From Auanema rhodensis (taxonomy: Eukaryota > Animalia > Nematoda): a stretch of 64,000 bases of DNA. The stretch lies in contig OZ059896.1 of assembly GCA_964057225.1 (NCBI GenBank), positions 7,130,001 through 7,194,000 of the forward strand, in the 5' to 3' direction. The first letter of the stretch is position 1. Every line of letters starts with the position of its first letter. This document shows positions 11,003-23,965 of the stretch, one piece after another. The notes beneath the pieces were generated by a model. The model saw only the letters and a list, made by a program, of their open reading frames with translations. It was not told where the DNA came from and ran no database searches. The position numbers were made by a program, and so were the translations under genes.

Positions 11003-14000
11003 CTATTCAGTTAAATCAAGTTCTATAATAAGATTGTCTAGCTCTTCCAACATTCGTTCATTATGTTCCTAAAAATAAAGCATAAAAGAAAAGATCTAAA
11101 ACTTAACAAACTTCAAAATATGTTCTGGCAGCAGTTAAAAACTTTAATAAATCATTTTTCAAATGATCAACTGATTCGTACTAAAACAAAAAATATTAAG
11201 AATAACCACATCTTTCCTAACCGATTCTAATTCGTTCTCTATGCTTTCCAGAGAAATTGACCGCCTGTTACGAGACTGTCTCGGAATCTGGACATACTTC
11301 AGTTTTCTATACATTCTATTGTTCTGTTTCATTTTTTCAAAAACTTTTTTACACTCCTAAAACAACAATAACATATTTATCTTTAAAATTATTAACCATA
11401 CCGCAGCTGCTGGCGAAATTTTAATTCGTTTACTACGAGAGATGTCATCCCCCAACCCAAAGTTAGATGCCGCCTTTCTTTTAGAGGCCCTATGACGGTT
11501 CTAACAAATTTTATAACTTTATCAAGTCATATAGAGCTTCAAACCTTAGAACTAAAATAATCATCATCTTCAGTTTCATCATCTTCGCAGGGACTGCCAT
11601 GTAGAGGACTACCGTCTTCAGTGTCGACATACTTAGGTTTAGAAGGAGCCTGACGTCTTGAACAGCTCACACATAAGTAGCTAAATAAATTGGTTCACTG
11701 AAACCTATATTCGATTTAAACAAACCTTGTCGGTTTCTCTGAGAGTCTTGGCCTAGTACAATAGTAATGGTATACTTTTTTGCATTCCTTACAACTTATT
11801 TTAGTATCCCGTTCTTTTCGACTGCCACAGACACAGCATTGCTAAACTTTCGCAGTCAAAGTAACATGTGAAAAATTGCGAATAACCTTTTCGGCAACAC
11901 TATTCTTCCAAAGAATACGCGAATCCAAAATTTTCAGAAGCAAAATTATTGAAGATATATTTTGTGCTTCTTGCAGCCTGCGTTTCCATCTTTCCACTTT
12001 AAACGCGGAGTAAAAACCTAGATTAAAAGGTTAGAAGAACTTTGCAAATTTACGATATTACCAGTGTCTAAGCCGCAACGAGTTTCAATTGCAGACTCTG
12101 GGATAGAATCCATAAATTCATTAAGAAGAGCTTTCTAAAATAACATGAAGACACAGATAAATTAAAAAATTACTTACGAAGCCATCCAAGTTCTCTACTG
12201 AAACTACTTTGCCTTCAAATAAAGCGTAGTCTAGATTGCTGAGATAACTAGCACTAAGATAAAAAAATAAAAATGAAAGAAAATAACAGCAAAATATATT
12301 ACCACAGATCCTTACTAATATTCAGTATATCTGTTCGAAGCAGAGCAGGGGCTTCTTCAAAAATCTCTTTTTCTTCGTCTTCATCTTCATCTTCTTTCCT
12401 AAACAACTTCAAATGAAATTCCGAAAATAAAAGTATCTCACAATTTCGAAACCATATTTTGATAAAAAGCTTCAATACTTGCTAGGTTAGTAGTGAGATA
12501 CTGAAAAATATTGAATAAAAATATAATGTATGTAGCAGATATAACCTTTTTAAGAGATCGCTCTCGAATGCCGAAGTTGCCTAAAGCAGCTATTAGTGTC
12601 GGCAGATCTGCCGTCTTACTTACTCGGAACCATTTTTCGGTAGCACTGGAAATTAAAAAATAATTGTTATTGTTTTTTTCTTCAATTTTATACACTTATT
12701 ACCTATCTGGAGGGCCAATGGGACTCGAAAAATTTTCGCTTTCTCGTCTACTGGGAGGCTTTTTTGTGGGACTTGGTCGATTTTTAGGACTCTTTGAAGA
12801 ATTCTTGACAAACAATTTCTCATATTGGGACTCATCAAACTAGGAAAAGTTTCACATTTGTAAAAAAAATTAATAATTGTACATACTTGTTGAATCCATA
12901 ATCCACCATCCCTAGTAGCTACTGGAAACATAAAATAGGAACGCAGATGTCGATCTTGACCAATTGGTATGATGCCTCTATGTATATTTGCCGAAAGTTG
13001 TTCGAACTTAATTTGAGAATAGTATGAGAATAAAAATACATGAATTACCACAAGAGATTCCTGTAGTTCTTCCAATTTAATTTTAAATTCTTCTATTTGA
13101 TTTTCAAAATCTTTCCTCTTTTTCAATACTTCAGTTCTTTCTCTAGATTCATGTCGCGATATTCTGCATTCATCCAACGTGTCATCGAAAGTGGGTAATT
13201 CTTTTAAGCTCTTATTTGATTCCTCGAGCTAAAGACAAAAAATAATCAGCATTAAATTAATATTCACACACCTGAGAAGTACATTCTGATAGTTTTGCTT
13301 TCAGTGTCGTGATGTTTTCAGTATCATAATTAGAGGAGAATTCCTAAAGTCATATTGGTAGGGTAAGTATATTAAAATGAATTTAAACCTTAAACGATTG
13401 TGAGTCAAGAACAGTTAGATGAAGAAATTTAATAATAGACATTTGTTCATCGGCTCCAAGCTCCCAGAAGTTCAAATTAGGTTTGAATACTTGAAGAAGC
13501 ATCTCCTTTTCTTCCTACAATAAACACCTATGTCAGAGCAACAAAAAACCTCTTCAACCTGATCAAGTTGAGAAATATCGAGATCAGAGTTACTTCTAGA
13601 ATCTTCATCATCATCCCCGCCATTGCCTTCTTCCTTCACAATCGATATCTCATCGTCAACTTGATTTACTTCATAACTTTCACCATACCTCGCCTTCCTT
13701 CGTTCAATTTTTCTATCTTCAGCACTAAACAAAAGTTGATAAAACATTAAAAATATATATATAGTACGTATGCAAATCCTGAGAACCAATTAAGAAGGCC
13801 CGACAGATTTCTGAGACAGTGCTCTCATCGAACACCAAATCTCGTAAACGACTGTTCATGTGAGATATTTTCTAGGATTCAAAGATAAACATTTTGATTT
13901 ATGCTAAGATCAAACCCTGTACTCTTCAATATTGACCAGAGAGCCCAGCATAATGATTAAAACTTTGGAAATAACTTTAACATAGCCCTTTCTACCATCA

Positions 14001-16600
14001 TACAAAGCATGAAGAAGTTCTTCTGAAAAAAGAAACATTAATATGAAAAAAAAGTCATGTCATACCTGCAGTATACTGGAATTCCACTTCAAAAAATGGT
14101 TTCATGATGGCCAAGAATTGAGAAATCATTAAACAATCAGGAAAATGTGCTTTTCTATTTATATCGAGCTCAATTTCATCCCCAATACATGCCAGTGGAG
14201 AGGATGTGAGTTCCAAATCCTCACTAGTATCAGCTGAAGTTATTCTAAAATGAACTCTCAGTCTGTGTTCCATATGATTATATGTGGCTGGACGACTCTC
14301 CTTGATCTTCAACTTCATCGCTTTCTTAGCTGCTGCTGACAAGCCTTTCCTAAATAGAAATCAAAATTCAGTCTACTACCATTAACTCACATAGTATCAT
14401 GTTCTTTTCTCAGATCATATTGCCTTTTGACAGCAAATCTAATAAGCTCATTCTCAATCTTTTCAATTGACGTCAAGCTCAAGTATTTGGAAGCAGAATG
14501 CGATTGTTCATTAAACTCCTTAAGTTTAAGTGTGGTAGAATCATAATATCGAATACACCAACCTTCATATCTTTTTTTTTGAAAGCAGCTTCCAGTTTTT
14601 GCGAGTAAGATTGCAGACGCTTTTCAGATAGTTTCATAGGAGAACCATTCTCCGAAGGCACTCCACTTTCTTTTTTCACCGCAAAAGCTTCCTTGATCTT
14701 GAAGTGTTATTTTGTATTAACAATTTTGTGATTAATTTTGCATAAAGTCCTACCGACATAGACGATTTCTCCTTTTTTTCTTTAGCAGCTTTTTCTTTAA
14801 GCTCTTTTTTTTCAACTTTTACACGTTCCTTCTCTTGATTTTTCTTATCCTTGGTTTCCTTCCGTTCTTGCTCTTTTTTTACTTTCAATTCATTCTTTTT
14901 GGTGATTTTTTCAGCATCCATACTTTTTCTTTTTTTCTCTCCATCTTCCTTGGCTTTCTATATCAATAATAGTCCCTTATGTAATAGGTGATAAGCTAGT
15001 TTACCTCTTTCTTCATTTCTTTTTGCTTCTTTTCAATATGTTTTTTAACTGAAGAAGGAGGAAGACCAGCTCCGCTTCTTCTTAAATTCACTAAAGGCAC
15101 CTCATCATCTTCGGACGATTCTTCCGACTACAACATTATATTTTAACATAAAGTTAATAAGTACGAATTTGATAGTACCTTACAAACAACACTCTTCGAT
15201 TTCGGAGTGGAGCAAAACAACGAAGCTAACTTATTTACAATTCCATACTCTTTTCTTAAAGTCTCATGAACCTGAATCAATGCAAAATGATAATTTAAAA
15301 ATAAAGAAAGTTACGTTAGTACCTCCCAAGGTTTCCCAGGTATTTTTGTAGAAACTGCATTAATGAATAATTTTATGTCTTCATCGGTAGGATTGTATTT
15401 TCGTCTAAAAATTTGCTTTTACTGAAGAAAATAAAATTTAATAAACCCTACTTGATATTTAAACCGTTTATCTTATTCTGCACTTTTTTTCCATTTTCGC
15501 TAACTACATAAAACTTGGCACCACCTTTACGCTCGACGCTCACAATCTGGCCATTCTTCCACTGGCTTAAAAAAAAGAAAGAATGTGAATCATAAATGAA
15601 ACTCACCCCTCAATTTCAAAAGAAATAGCTTCGTCAGGGTGATATTGCTTAAGTATTTCTTTGAGATCATCGGCAATTTTATCAGTATGAAATGCTCCTA
15701 ACCAATAAACAAATAAGTTCAAAACAATAATAACAAATACCTCCACTATGATGAACTTTATCGAGAAGTTTCTTCATCAAAACATCCTGTATCAAAAGTT
15801 TTTGTTCATTTAAGAAGCTGCTTTCATTCGAAACTTCAACATAATCATTTGTCATATTACTTAGTTCAGCCGTATATTGTAAACTAGTTTCTACTACCTC
15901 TCTACTGAAAAAGAACTTAATAAATCACCAATTCCAAAAAAAGAAAAATGGTGGGAAAGTGTTGCATACATTTTTTAAAATTGATACGACTATTTCGCAA
16001 AAATGTGCCAGCTAATTAACATGTTTGTAACTCAAGAGGCGCGAAAGTAACATAAATTAAGACGGATCAATAAAAGAAACGTAATAGGGCTTGCACAGAT
16101 TAAGCATTATGAAACACCGGTGAAGACGCAGAATGCTATTGGAATCGCTTCCTACTGCAATGGCGCATATAGAACTGGTGGGGATACGAGGTGGGAAGGA
16201 GTGTAGTGGTAGAAAGCGAGCAGCAGTAGCTGAGGCATAAGTTTGGGTCGCAATACGACCGCGCATAAAAGAGCGAAGCTTTTCATTATAGAAATTTGAT
16301 AGAATATAAATTGTTCAACGCATCCATAAAACAATGAATAGGAAAAAGGCAAAGAAAACACAAATTAGCAACTCACGGTTTATTAGATGCAGTATTAGTA
16401 TCGTTTTTATCACACTTATTACTAAGATCAGCGAACGGTTTCTTGGACTCGTCCAAAGATACAGACATGGACCTCCGGGGCTTCGGCTCTTTTGAGGTCC
16501 TAAATATGTAAAAACAATTGTGAAATTTTAAGCAATTTCAATTGAAAAAATTTTAAGCTGTTTTGAAATATAGAAATTTGTTTAAATATATATATATATT

Positions 16601-16636
<36 letters not shown>

Positions 16637-16648
16637 GTACGAATGCAT
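11003..16648 (-). CDS. ACF1/BAZ1 (WSTF)-family ISWI accessory subunit with DDT, WHIM, PHD and a degenerate bromodomain (athp-2-like)
   Basis: Contains a Lys/Glu coiled coil, a DDT motif (FPDCLMISQFLAIMKPFFE), WHIM motifs (PIGQDRHLRSY; LGNFGIRERSLKK; SIIFLLKILDSRILW) and a PHD finger (CCVCGS...CKECKKVYHYYC...YLCVSC). It ends ...IIELDLTE*. The start is inferred from phase-compatible exons MHS/TSKEPKPRRSMSVS; the ATG near 16458 is an alternative. Confidence 0.85.
16587..16634. repeat. Imperfect (TA)n microsatellite in intron 1 of the BAZ1-like gene
   Basis: Read directly from the sequence. Confidence 0.9.
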
Positions 16649-16661
16649 TGTTGCTTTCACA

Positions 16662-16708
16662 TTCGCGCCCAACGAAGCAAGTGCGGGAAATTCAAACAGC
16701 GCGCAAAA
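16662..16708. promoter_or_regulatory. E2F / CDE-CHR (DREAM-type) element cluster at the 5' end of the BAZ1-like gene
   Basis: TTCGCGCC 16662-16669; GCGGGAAATTCAAA 16683-16696 (E2F site abutting a TTYRAA CHR); minus-strand TGCGC-N4-TTTGAA; a further GGCGCGAAA at 16038-16046. Confidence 0.55.
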
Positions 16709-17178
16709 GCTGGATGTAAATCAGAATCAATTGTGGAAACTAGCACTCTTTGTAGGAAATCTGCAGATCTGAGAACTCCAATACCAAAATTTCAAAAGCT
16801 AATGTTGATAGAAATAAAGATAGTTGATTTTTGGTTTTTTCGCATGGAAAAAAAAAGGTGTAATTTGGAAAATTGTTAAAGGTACTCAGAATAAGTTTGA
16901 AAAAAAAGTTCGGAGACTTTTTGATGTTTTTTTTTTCAAGAATATTTTTCAATGTTCCTTAGGAGTATTTTTCTAAAATAATTTGCTAACCGTTTAATTT
17001 GACTTTCCCCGGAGCGATGGTATATTAATCGTACATTTTTAAAATCGTAGGACTATTTGAAATTAAAAAAAATTGTCTATTTTTATTAATATCTTTGTAT
17101 ATTATTGTTTCGATTAAATGAATAAATACATTTTTTTGTTTTGAAGGGCCAAAAAAGTTTTTATTTCTAGCTCGCCTG

Positions 17179-20100
17179 ATGGAGCGTAGCTCTTATATGG
17201 ATAATTCAGCCATATTGTCCTTTGACAATTTAGCTTGGTCACCAAATGAAGATGTAGTTCATTGGGAGGAGCCAAGGTAAGACATTTACTGGTTTTCTGA
17301 TCTTTCGAACTCACTAATGCTTTAATGAGTTAAGCCATAATGGAGGACGATTTAAGAAGTCGTTTGCAACCTCCACACCTAAAGTGTCCTTTCAAATACA
17401 AGATAGGAGGTTCGTCCAACGATAACTGTAGACACATAATTTTATTTTCAGGCATTTTACTTGGCACCAGCAACCGTCTACATCTATTCCATCGAGCAGC
17501 CAACATTTTGTGAATCGGTGGGGTAAAATGCTTAATGGAGTTGTACTTCAGTTTATTTTATTTCAGAGAAAACAGCCAAGGTTATCAATTTTTCTACCAC
17601 ACTCAGGCAGGTAATTTCTTCGTTTTCATCAGTTTCAACTCTGGCCACATTCTGGTCGTCTTTTGCTATCTTTTCCAAGTCTGTTCGTCTCTGTTTCTCT
17701 GGCCCGTCCGTCTACTATGACAGAAAAACATGTAATTCCTTGAATCATATTTCTCTTCTTCTGGTAGCACTGAATTGATTTTCATCACACCGTTTCTCTC
17801 CATTTTCTTCTTCTAATTATTCTTCATCACCATCAATTTCTGTCCCCGACCGCCTCTTTCGTGCCACAGTTATCATCATACAAACCATACGATTTTGTTT
17901 TCTTTCTTTAGATTTTACTGTTTTGAGGCTTCTAGTGCGAGCAATGATCTTTGTTGTATTGATAATGACGAGATTACAAAACGAAACAACTACCGTTTAT
18001 TATTTTGTATTGTCGGGATACTGACCTTCGGTATTCCCTCATATAGACTAATCTTACGTTCATTTACCATCTAATGGACCTGACTAATATAAGATCGTTG
18101 TCATATCTTCCTTTCTTTTTTTGCGGTGATAACATTGTATTCCCATGACTTATTGTGTCCTTCGCTGAAAGTTTCATCGACCCAAAACCCTTCTGATATC
18201 TTACACACACCCAAAACTAACCATCTGTCAATATCATATTTACTGGTTGTGTGTTAATATCTAACTTATTTATTTATTTGCTTGGTTTTTCTTTGCATGC
18301 TTAATATTGATGCAAAACTTTATAATATGAAATTATATTAATAACGAATTTTTTTGCTGTTTCAAATAATTTTTTAAAAACTTTATGAAATCTGTTGTAG
18401 TTCTCTCGCGGTGGGTTCTTTTCCGGATTAAAGCGTAAGGCTAGTTCATTCCTTAGTTGGTCGATATCATCGCTACGGCGAGGTAAAGTTTTGATGAAAC
18501 AGTTTTCTTATATTCTTTTTCAGGTTCCGATTCAGCTACTGCTCATTCTTTTTCTGGGATCGAGACAACAAGAGCCTGTGACGAAGGCGATCTGATCAAT
18601 TTATCAGAGATATTTCCATCATCATTTACAGATCTCCATCAAAGTGCGCGTAATTCTCAGGTGAGATTAATTTTTTGATATCTTGATTATGGTATCCACA
18701 TGGTAAGAACCGTGTCGGGCTTGGCTATTCTGTGACTTATAAAACTCTTTTCTAGTATTGGCTTATTTCTGTAAAAGTTATTATCATTATAGATTCACGT
18801 ATCCTCTTCCATGGGCTCCTTATTCCGCAGTGAGCCGGTAGTGCTTGTTGAGCTCATTATTAGTAAAGATGCTGCTTATGAGTGCGTCGGAGAACTCGGA
18901 AAGATAGGCATGGTTCAATTTAATGATGTAACCATTTACTTTTTTTTGTTTTTTTTTTAAACGAAAACTTGGAAAACTTTCAGCTCAAATTATTATCGTT
19001 GATTGCAGCTAAACCACGCGAAAAACCTGTTCCAAAGATATTTTGTCCGGGACACCCGTCGCTGTGATGAAGTGGAGAGGAAATTGAGTATGTCATACAA
19101 ATCAGCATATGAATGATCAAAAAAAAATTATGTTCATTGGTTTTCTTTAGGGTTTTTGAAGCAACAAATTCACGAATGCACACCGCCTATCCGTTTGGTG
19201 CCACCTCCAATAACGAATCCTGACATTCCTACAAATGTAGAAATAAATGAAATAGAAGTAGAAATTTTAGATAGTTATTTGATAAGGAATATTCATATAT
19301 TCAGAACAAGCTAGATGAATTGGAGAAAACATTCACTTTACTGAACAAAAATGAATCCCAACTCCGAAAAAACATGAATGAAATGAAGGAGTTCAAATTC
19401 GTGTTGGAACGCGTAGAACAGTTTTTTGAAATAGTTGCGTTTTGTATGAAACTTACTTATCAACATTGTTCTTTTAGCATATTGAAGATGAAGCTATGAA
19501 TGAAATTGAAGCCGCTGGTGGTAAAGATGTTTGTACCTTTCAATCTGCGCAATGACAGATCAATTATTTCATATCTTGTTTTCCAGGAGCCATTCTCCAA
19601 ATCGTTCGGCGGAACATCTGGCATCGAAGTTCCTTTGACACCTTTACTGTCTGATAATGAACAAATGGAAAATGCTTGGTATGATCAATCACATTACAAT
19701 GCGTTTTTCATCACTTTCTGATCTGTTGCACTTTCGGAGACCATTAGAAAAGAGAAACCTGAAGTTTAAGGTTTGTGGCTGGGGTGATTCCTCGAGACAA
19801 GCGAACAACCTTTGAGCGTGTTCTCTGGAGGGCATGTCGGAGGACTGCATTTGTTCGAACATCTGATATTCGGATAACAGTGGAAGATCCAGAAACGGTG
19901 TGTTGAGCTCTAAATCGCCCGACTATTATTGACTCTGATACTATTTCAGCTTAATCCTGTGGAAAAATGTGTTTTTATTGTGTTCTTCAAAGGAGAAAGT
20001 CTTAAACAAATTGTTGATAAAGTTTGCGATGGGTAGGTATATGTGTTAAACCTGCAAACTTTTTTTTTTTAAGATTTAATGCCAGACAATACCCATGTCC

Positions 20101-22596
20101 TAAATCATCGAAAGAGCGTCAGCACTCCCTTTTTGATTCTGTTGCTCGAATTAATGATTTAAGCGTAGTTCTTGACACAACTCAGGAACAAAGATTCACA
20201 GTTATAAAATGAAATTATTGCAAATTAACTATGTTTTGTTGTAGATCTTATCCAAGAACGCCGTTGATCTTCCTCTGTGGTGCCAAAAAATATATATTCT
20301 TAAGGCTATATATCATACCCTTAATATGTGTACTGTATGCTTCATTTTGTTTTTTTTCCTCAGATTATTCGTTTTGATAGGTCGATACTAATGGGTTTTT
20401 AGCCGCTGAATGTTGGATTCCCGAAGCGGAAATGAATAACGTTTATGAAGCTCTACAGCGTGGCCTGGTTCGTTTTTTTTATACAGATTAATAATATTAT
20501 ATTTTAGGAAAGAAGTGGTTCTGATGTGTCACCGGTTATGAATCGTATTGAGACATCGCGACCTCCACCAACATTTCATCGCACAAACAAATTTTCAAAA
20601 GTTTTTCAATCTATTGTTGATTCCTATGGAATTGCCAGCTATAGAGAAATCAATCCAGGTATTTAAATTTAAAATTTGAAAACAAGAAAAGCAATTTTCT
20701 AGCTCCATTCACTATCATTACTTTCCCATTTTTGTTTGCTGTTATGTTTGGAGATGCTGCTCATGGATTAATTTTATTCTTGACTGGGTTGTTCTTTATA
20801 ATTAAAGAAGAACATATAACAAATAAGCGAATACGTGATGAGGTATTTTACATTTCGTTTATTAAATACTTTATTTATTTCAGATTTTTAATACATTTTT
20901 TGGAGGAAGATACATAATTCTTTTAATGGGCTTATTCTCTATATATACTGGAATGGTTTATAATGATGCTTTTGCTAAATCAGTCAATGTATTTGGTAGT
21001 AGGTGGTCGAATCCATACAAGTAAGTTTCAAATTTTTGAGATGACCCACTTTAATTGTTTTCAGTCATTCTGAATTGCAAAGCTGGATTGCTTCCGCAAA
21101 TAAAAAAGAAATATATCGTATATTGGATCCCTTAACATCTTTTAATAATACTGTATGATTATCAATAATTCTTTCCTACTTTACTATATTAATCTAGAAT
21201 GGACCGTATCCATTTGGAGTTGATCCTGTTTGGAACATAGCTGATAATCGACTATCTTTTCTGAATTCGATGAAAATGAAAGTTTCAGTTATATTGGGAG
21301 TAGCTCAAATGACATTCGGAGTATTGCTCTCTTTTCTCAATCATAGGTTGTAAGCTTCAAATTTAGCAATTACAATTGATTCATTCAGATTCTTTAAGTC
21401 AAATATTGATATATTCACTAATTTCATTCCACAAATTGTCTTTCTCTCCTGTATATTCGTGTATCTTTGTTGTCAAATGATTGTGAAATGGATATTCTTT
21501 TCTGTACATCCTGGCACTGTACTTGGTCAAGAATATCCAGGTATGAATTGATTTTATTATATCATAATACAATAGATACTTTTAAGGTCCGTTTTGTGCA
21601 CCTTCTCTACTTATCGGCCTCATCAATATGTTCATGATGAAAGAACGGCCAGCTGGATTTTTAGAAGGGGACAGCCACCATCCTACTTGCTATTTGAATC
21701 AGTGGTATCCTAGTCAGGTTGATAAGTTTTATGGCAAAATAAAACTGTCATTTTTTCCTTTTTTAGTCGTATACTGAAACAATGCTGCTATCTGTTGCTG
21801 TTTTCTGTGTTCCAATTATGTTATTTGGAAAACCAATATTTAAATATTTCGAACAGAAACGGAAAACTGGCCACATGAAACTAGCTGACATCAGGCAGGT
21901 AGGGAATAAAACTCATAATATTGAATTAACTTTCATTAGGAGGAGGGTCATATTATTTCGTCTGAGTCTAACGATGGAATGACTGACATCATGGTTTATC
22001 AGGTAAATCCCTAGTGCAATCCATAGCCTTATTTCTGCTCTTCAGGGTATTCACACCATTGAATTCGTTCTTGGATGTGTTTCTCACACTGCGTCATATT
22101 TACGTCTTTGGGCATTAAGCTTGGCCCATGCTCGTACATTGCTTTTATTTGTATATCTTGAATACCCATCATTTTAGAATTATCGGAGGTATTATGGCAC
22201 ATGGTTCTTATCTCTGGAATTCACGCAGGTGGTCATGGACTTTTGAGTTATGTAGTGACCTATGTGGTTCGTTTTCCAATTTCAAACTCTTTAATTATCT
22301 GGCGTCCTCATTGAAGGTCTTCTTTATTTTTGCCGTTTTGTCACTGTCTATTCTTGTTCTCATGGAAGGATTGTCAGCTTTTCTTCATGCTTTACGTCTT
22401 CATTGGGTTGAGTTCCAGTCAAAGTTTTACGAGGTATGTAATTTCTGTTTCAAAAAATCGCTTCAGAGAATATAGCATATTTTTATTAAAAATAATTGTT
22501 GTGATATAGGGCACAGGGCATGCATTCCGCCCATACTGTTTACAAATTGCTTTGGAAGCTGCCCAGGAGCAGTTGGAGAAAATAGAGGATAGTTAA
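17179..22596 (+). CDS. V-ATPase V0 subunit a (116 kDa) with an N-terminal extension, vha-7-like
   Basis: The conserved core starts MGSLFRSEP near 18812 and includes [76 protein letters not shown] and [23 protein letters not shown]. The stop is at 22594-22596. Six upstream exons splice in frame from ATG 17179, with lower certainty. Confidence 0.93.
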
Positions 22597-23955
22597 TGTC
22601 TTGACACATCACATTGGTTTAGTTGACAACCTGAGTGTCTGACTTCTACACGTTTAACTTTATTGTACTGACTTTTTTTTCGTTGCCTGGCATCTTATCA
22701 ATTTAATTTCTTGAAACATGTATCTTGTGAGAGTATCACTTAGTATAGGTCTGCAATATTTTCTTCTGGCTTAGCAATTTGCTATCTAAACACTGGATGT
22801 TAGTATGACATATACATCACAAAATGTGGGCTTTACCATCAGATTGGCTGTTTTCACAATCTACCCAAATCCTTGGGCATGTGTTCTGCCTTCATAAATT
22901 TCACTTAGATAATGGTTTCATAGATGAGAAAATTGTTCTAGGACAAAGTTTATGTGTAAAGTTTTTTAAAAAGTTTTTCTTTGCTTTCCAAATGTGATGC
23001 TTTTTACCTAGTCTTATACTGTAAAGCATGGTTAGTTAGTTAATAATATATTTCTATTAAACTGCTTATTTCTAATGTGATAAGAGGCAGATATTCATGT
23101 TTATATATTAAATTCGTATTTTTATACGTTTATCATTTTTCTTATAATAAAACTTTTTAGTTTATTTTATTTTCTATTTTTGCTGTAATTGAGATATTAC
23201 TATAAACTTGAAATTCAATTTGTAGTGTTTTCATCTATTATAAATGGAAGAACAATTGTTCCAAACAGTAAGCTACATATTTTCGTTTTTTTTTTAAATT
23301 TTCTTTTGATGAATAACTGGTGTGCTTTCAAGAATCTGTTTTTTCTTTGTTTTTTATTAAAACAATATTATATTTTCCATCAGCTTTAATAAAACTAAGG
23401 ATTATAATGTAATTTAAATACAATTTCGAATAAGAAAAGTGTAGTAGGTTATTTTAGAAAATGTAGTCAACTCGTTTTTTTTGTGTAATTGTAGCTATGT
23501 GTAGGTAGACATCTGCTATTTTTTAAATTTTGAGTTTTAGGTTGTCTACTTTCTAAGTATTTAGTTTAGAATTAACTTCAATGCGTGATGTAAACTTAAA
23601 ATTCCACAGATGAGGGAGTCTTCTGAACTTTTTCAGCTTTGAAGACGGTCAAATAATCGTATTTTTTTGTAGATGAGGTTAAAGGAAAACGGATAAGAAT
23701 AAGAGATATGCATTAATAGCGGAGGGTGGGTCAGATTTTCAAATAGCATCGAGATGGTGCTCACAACCAGTTACATTGGAAGGGGAGGAGCTGCAGTGAC
23801 GATTCAACGAAGCCAACAAGGAAAGGGAGGAGAGTATTGAAGACAAAAGGGGAGGAGGCACAAAGTAGAACTTGGCAGGATGAGACTTGTGTGTGTGTGT
23901 AGTGTATGTATGGAGTGTGTGCATGAGGAGGATGAGGAGGGCAGAGAGGAACGAT

Positions 23956-23965
23956 TCCCGTGGGA
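23956..23965. promoter_or_regulatory. COE/UNC-3 consensus site upstream of the Cys-loop channel gene
   Basis: TCCCGTGGGA is an exact match to TCCCNNGGGA. It lies in a purine-rich island (23700-24010) about 2.4 kb upstream of the channel ATG. Confidence 0.45.

Noticed and set aside
15907-16375. Intron-hosted telomerase RNA in a germline-type gene
   Set aside because: The host sense strand has no ~1.5-repeat template for TTAGGC (CTAAGCCTAA-like); the closest is GCCTCAGC. Near matches at about 59623 and 60900 are imperfect or on the wrong strand and lack supporting structure.
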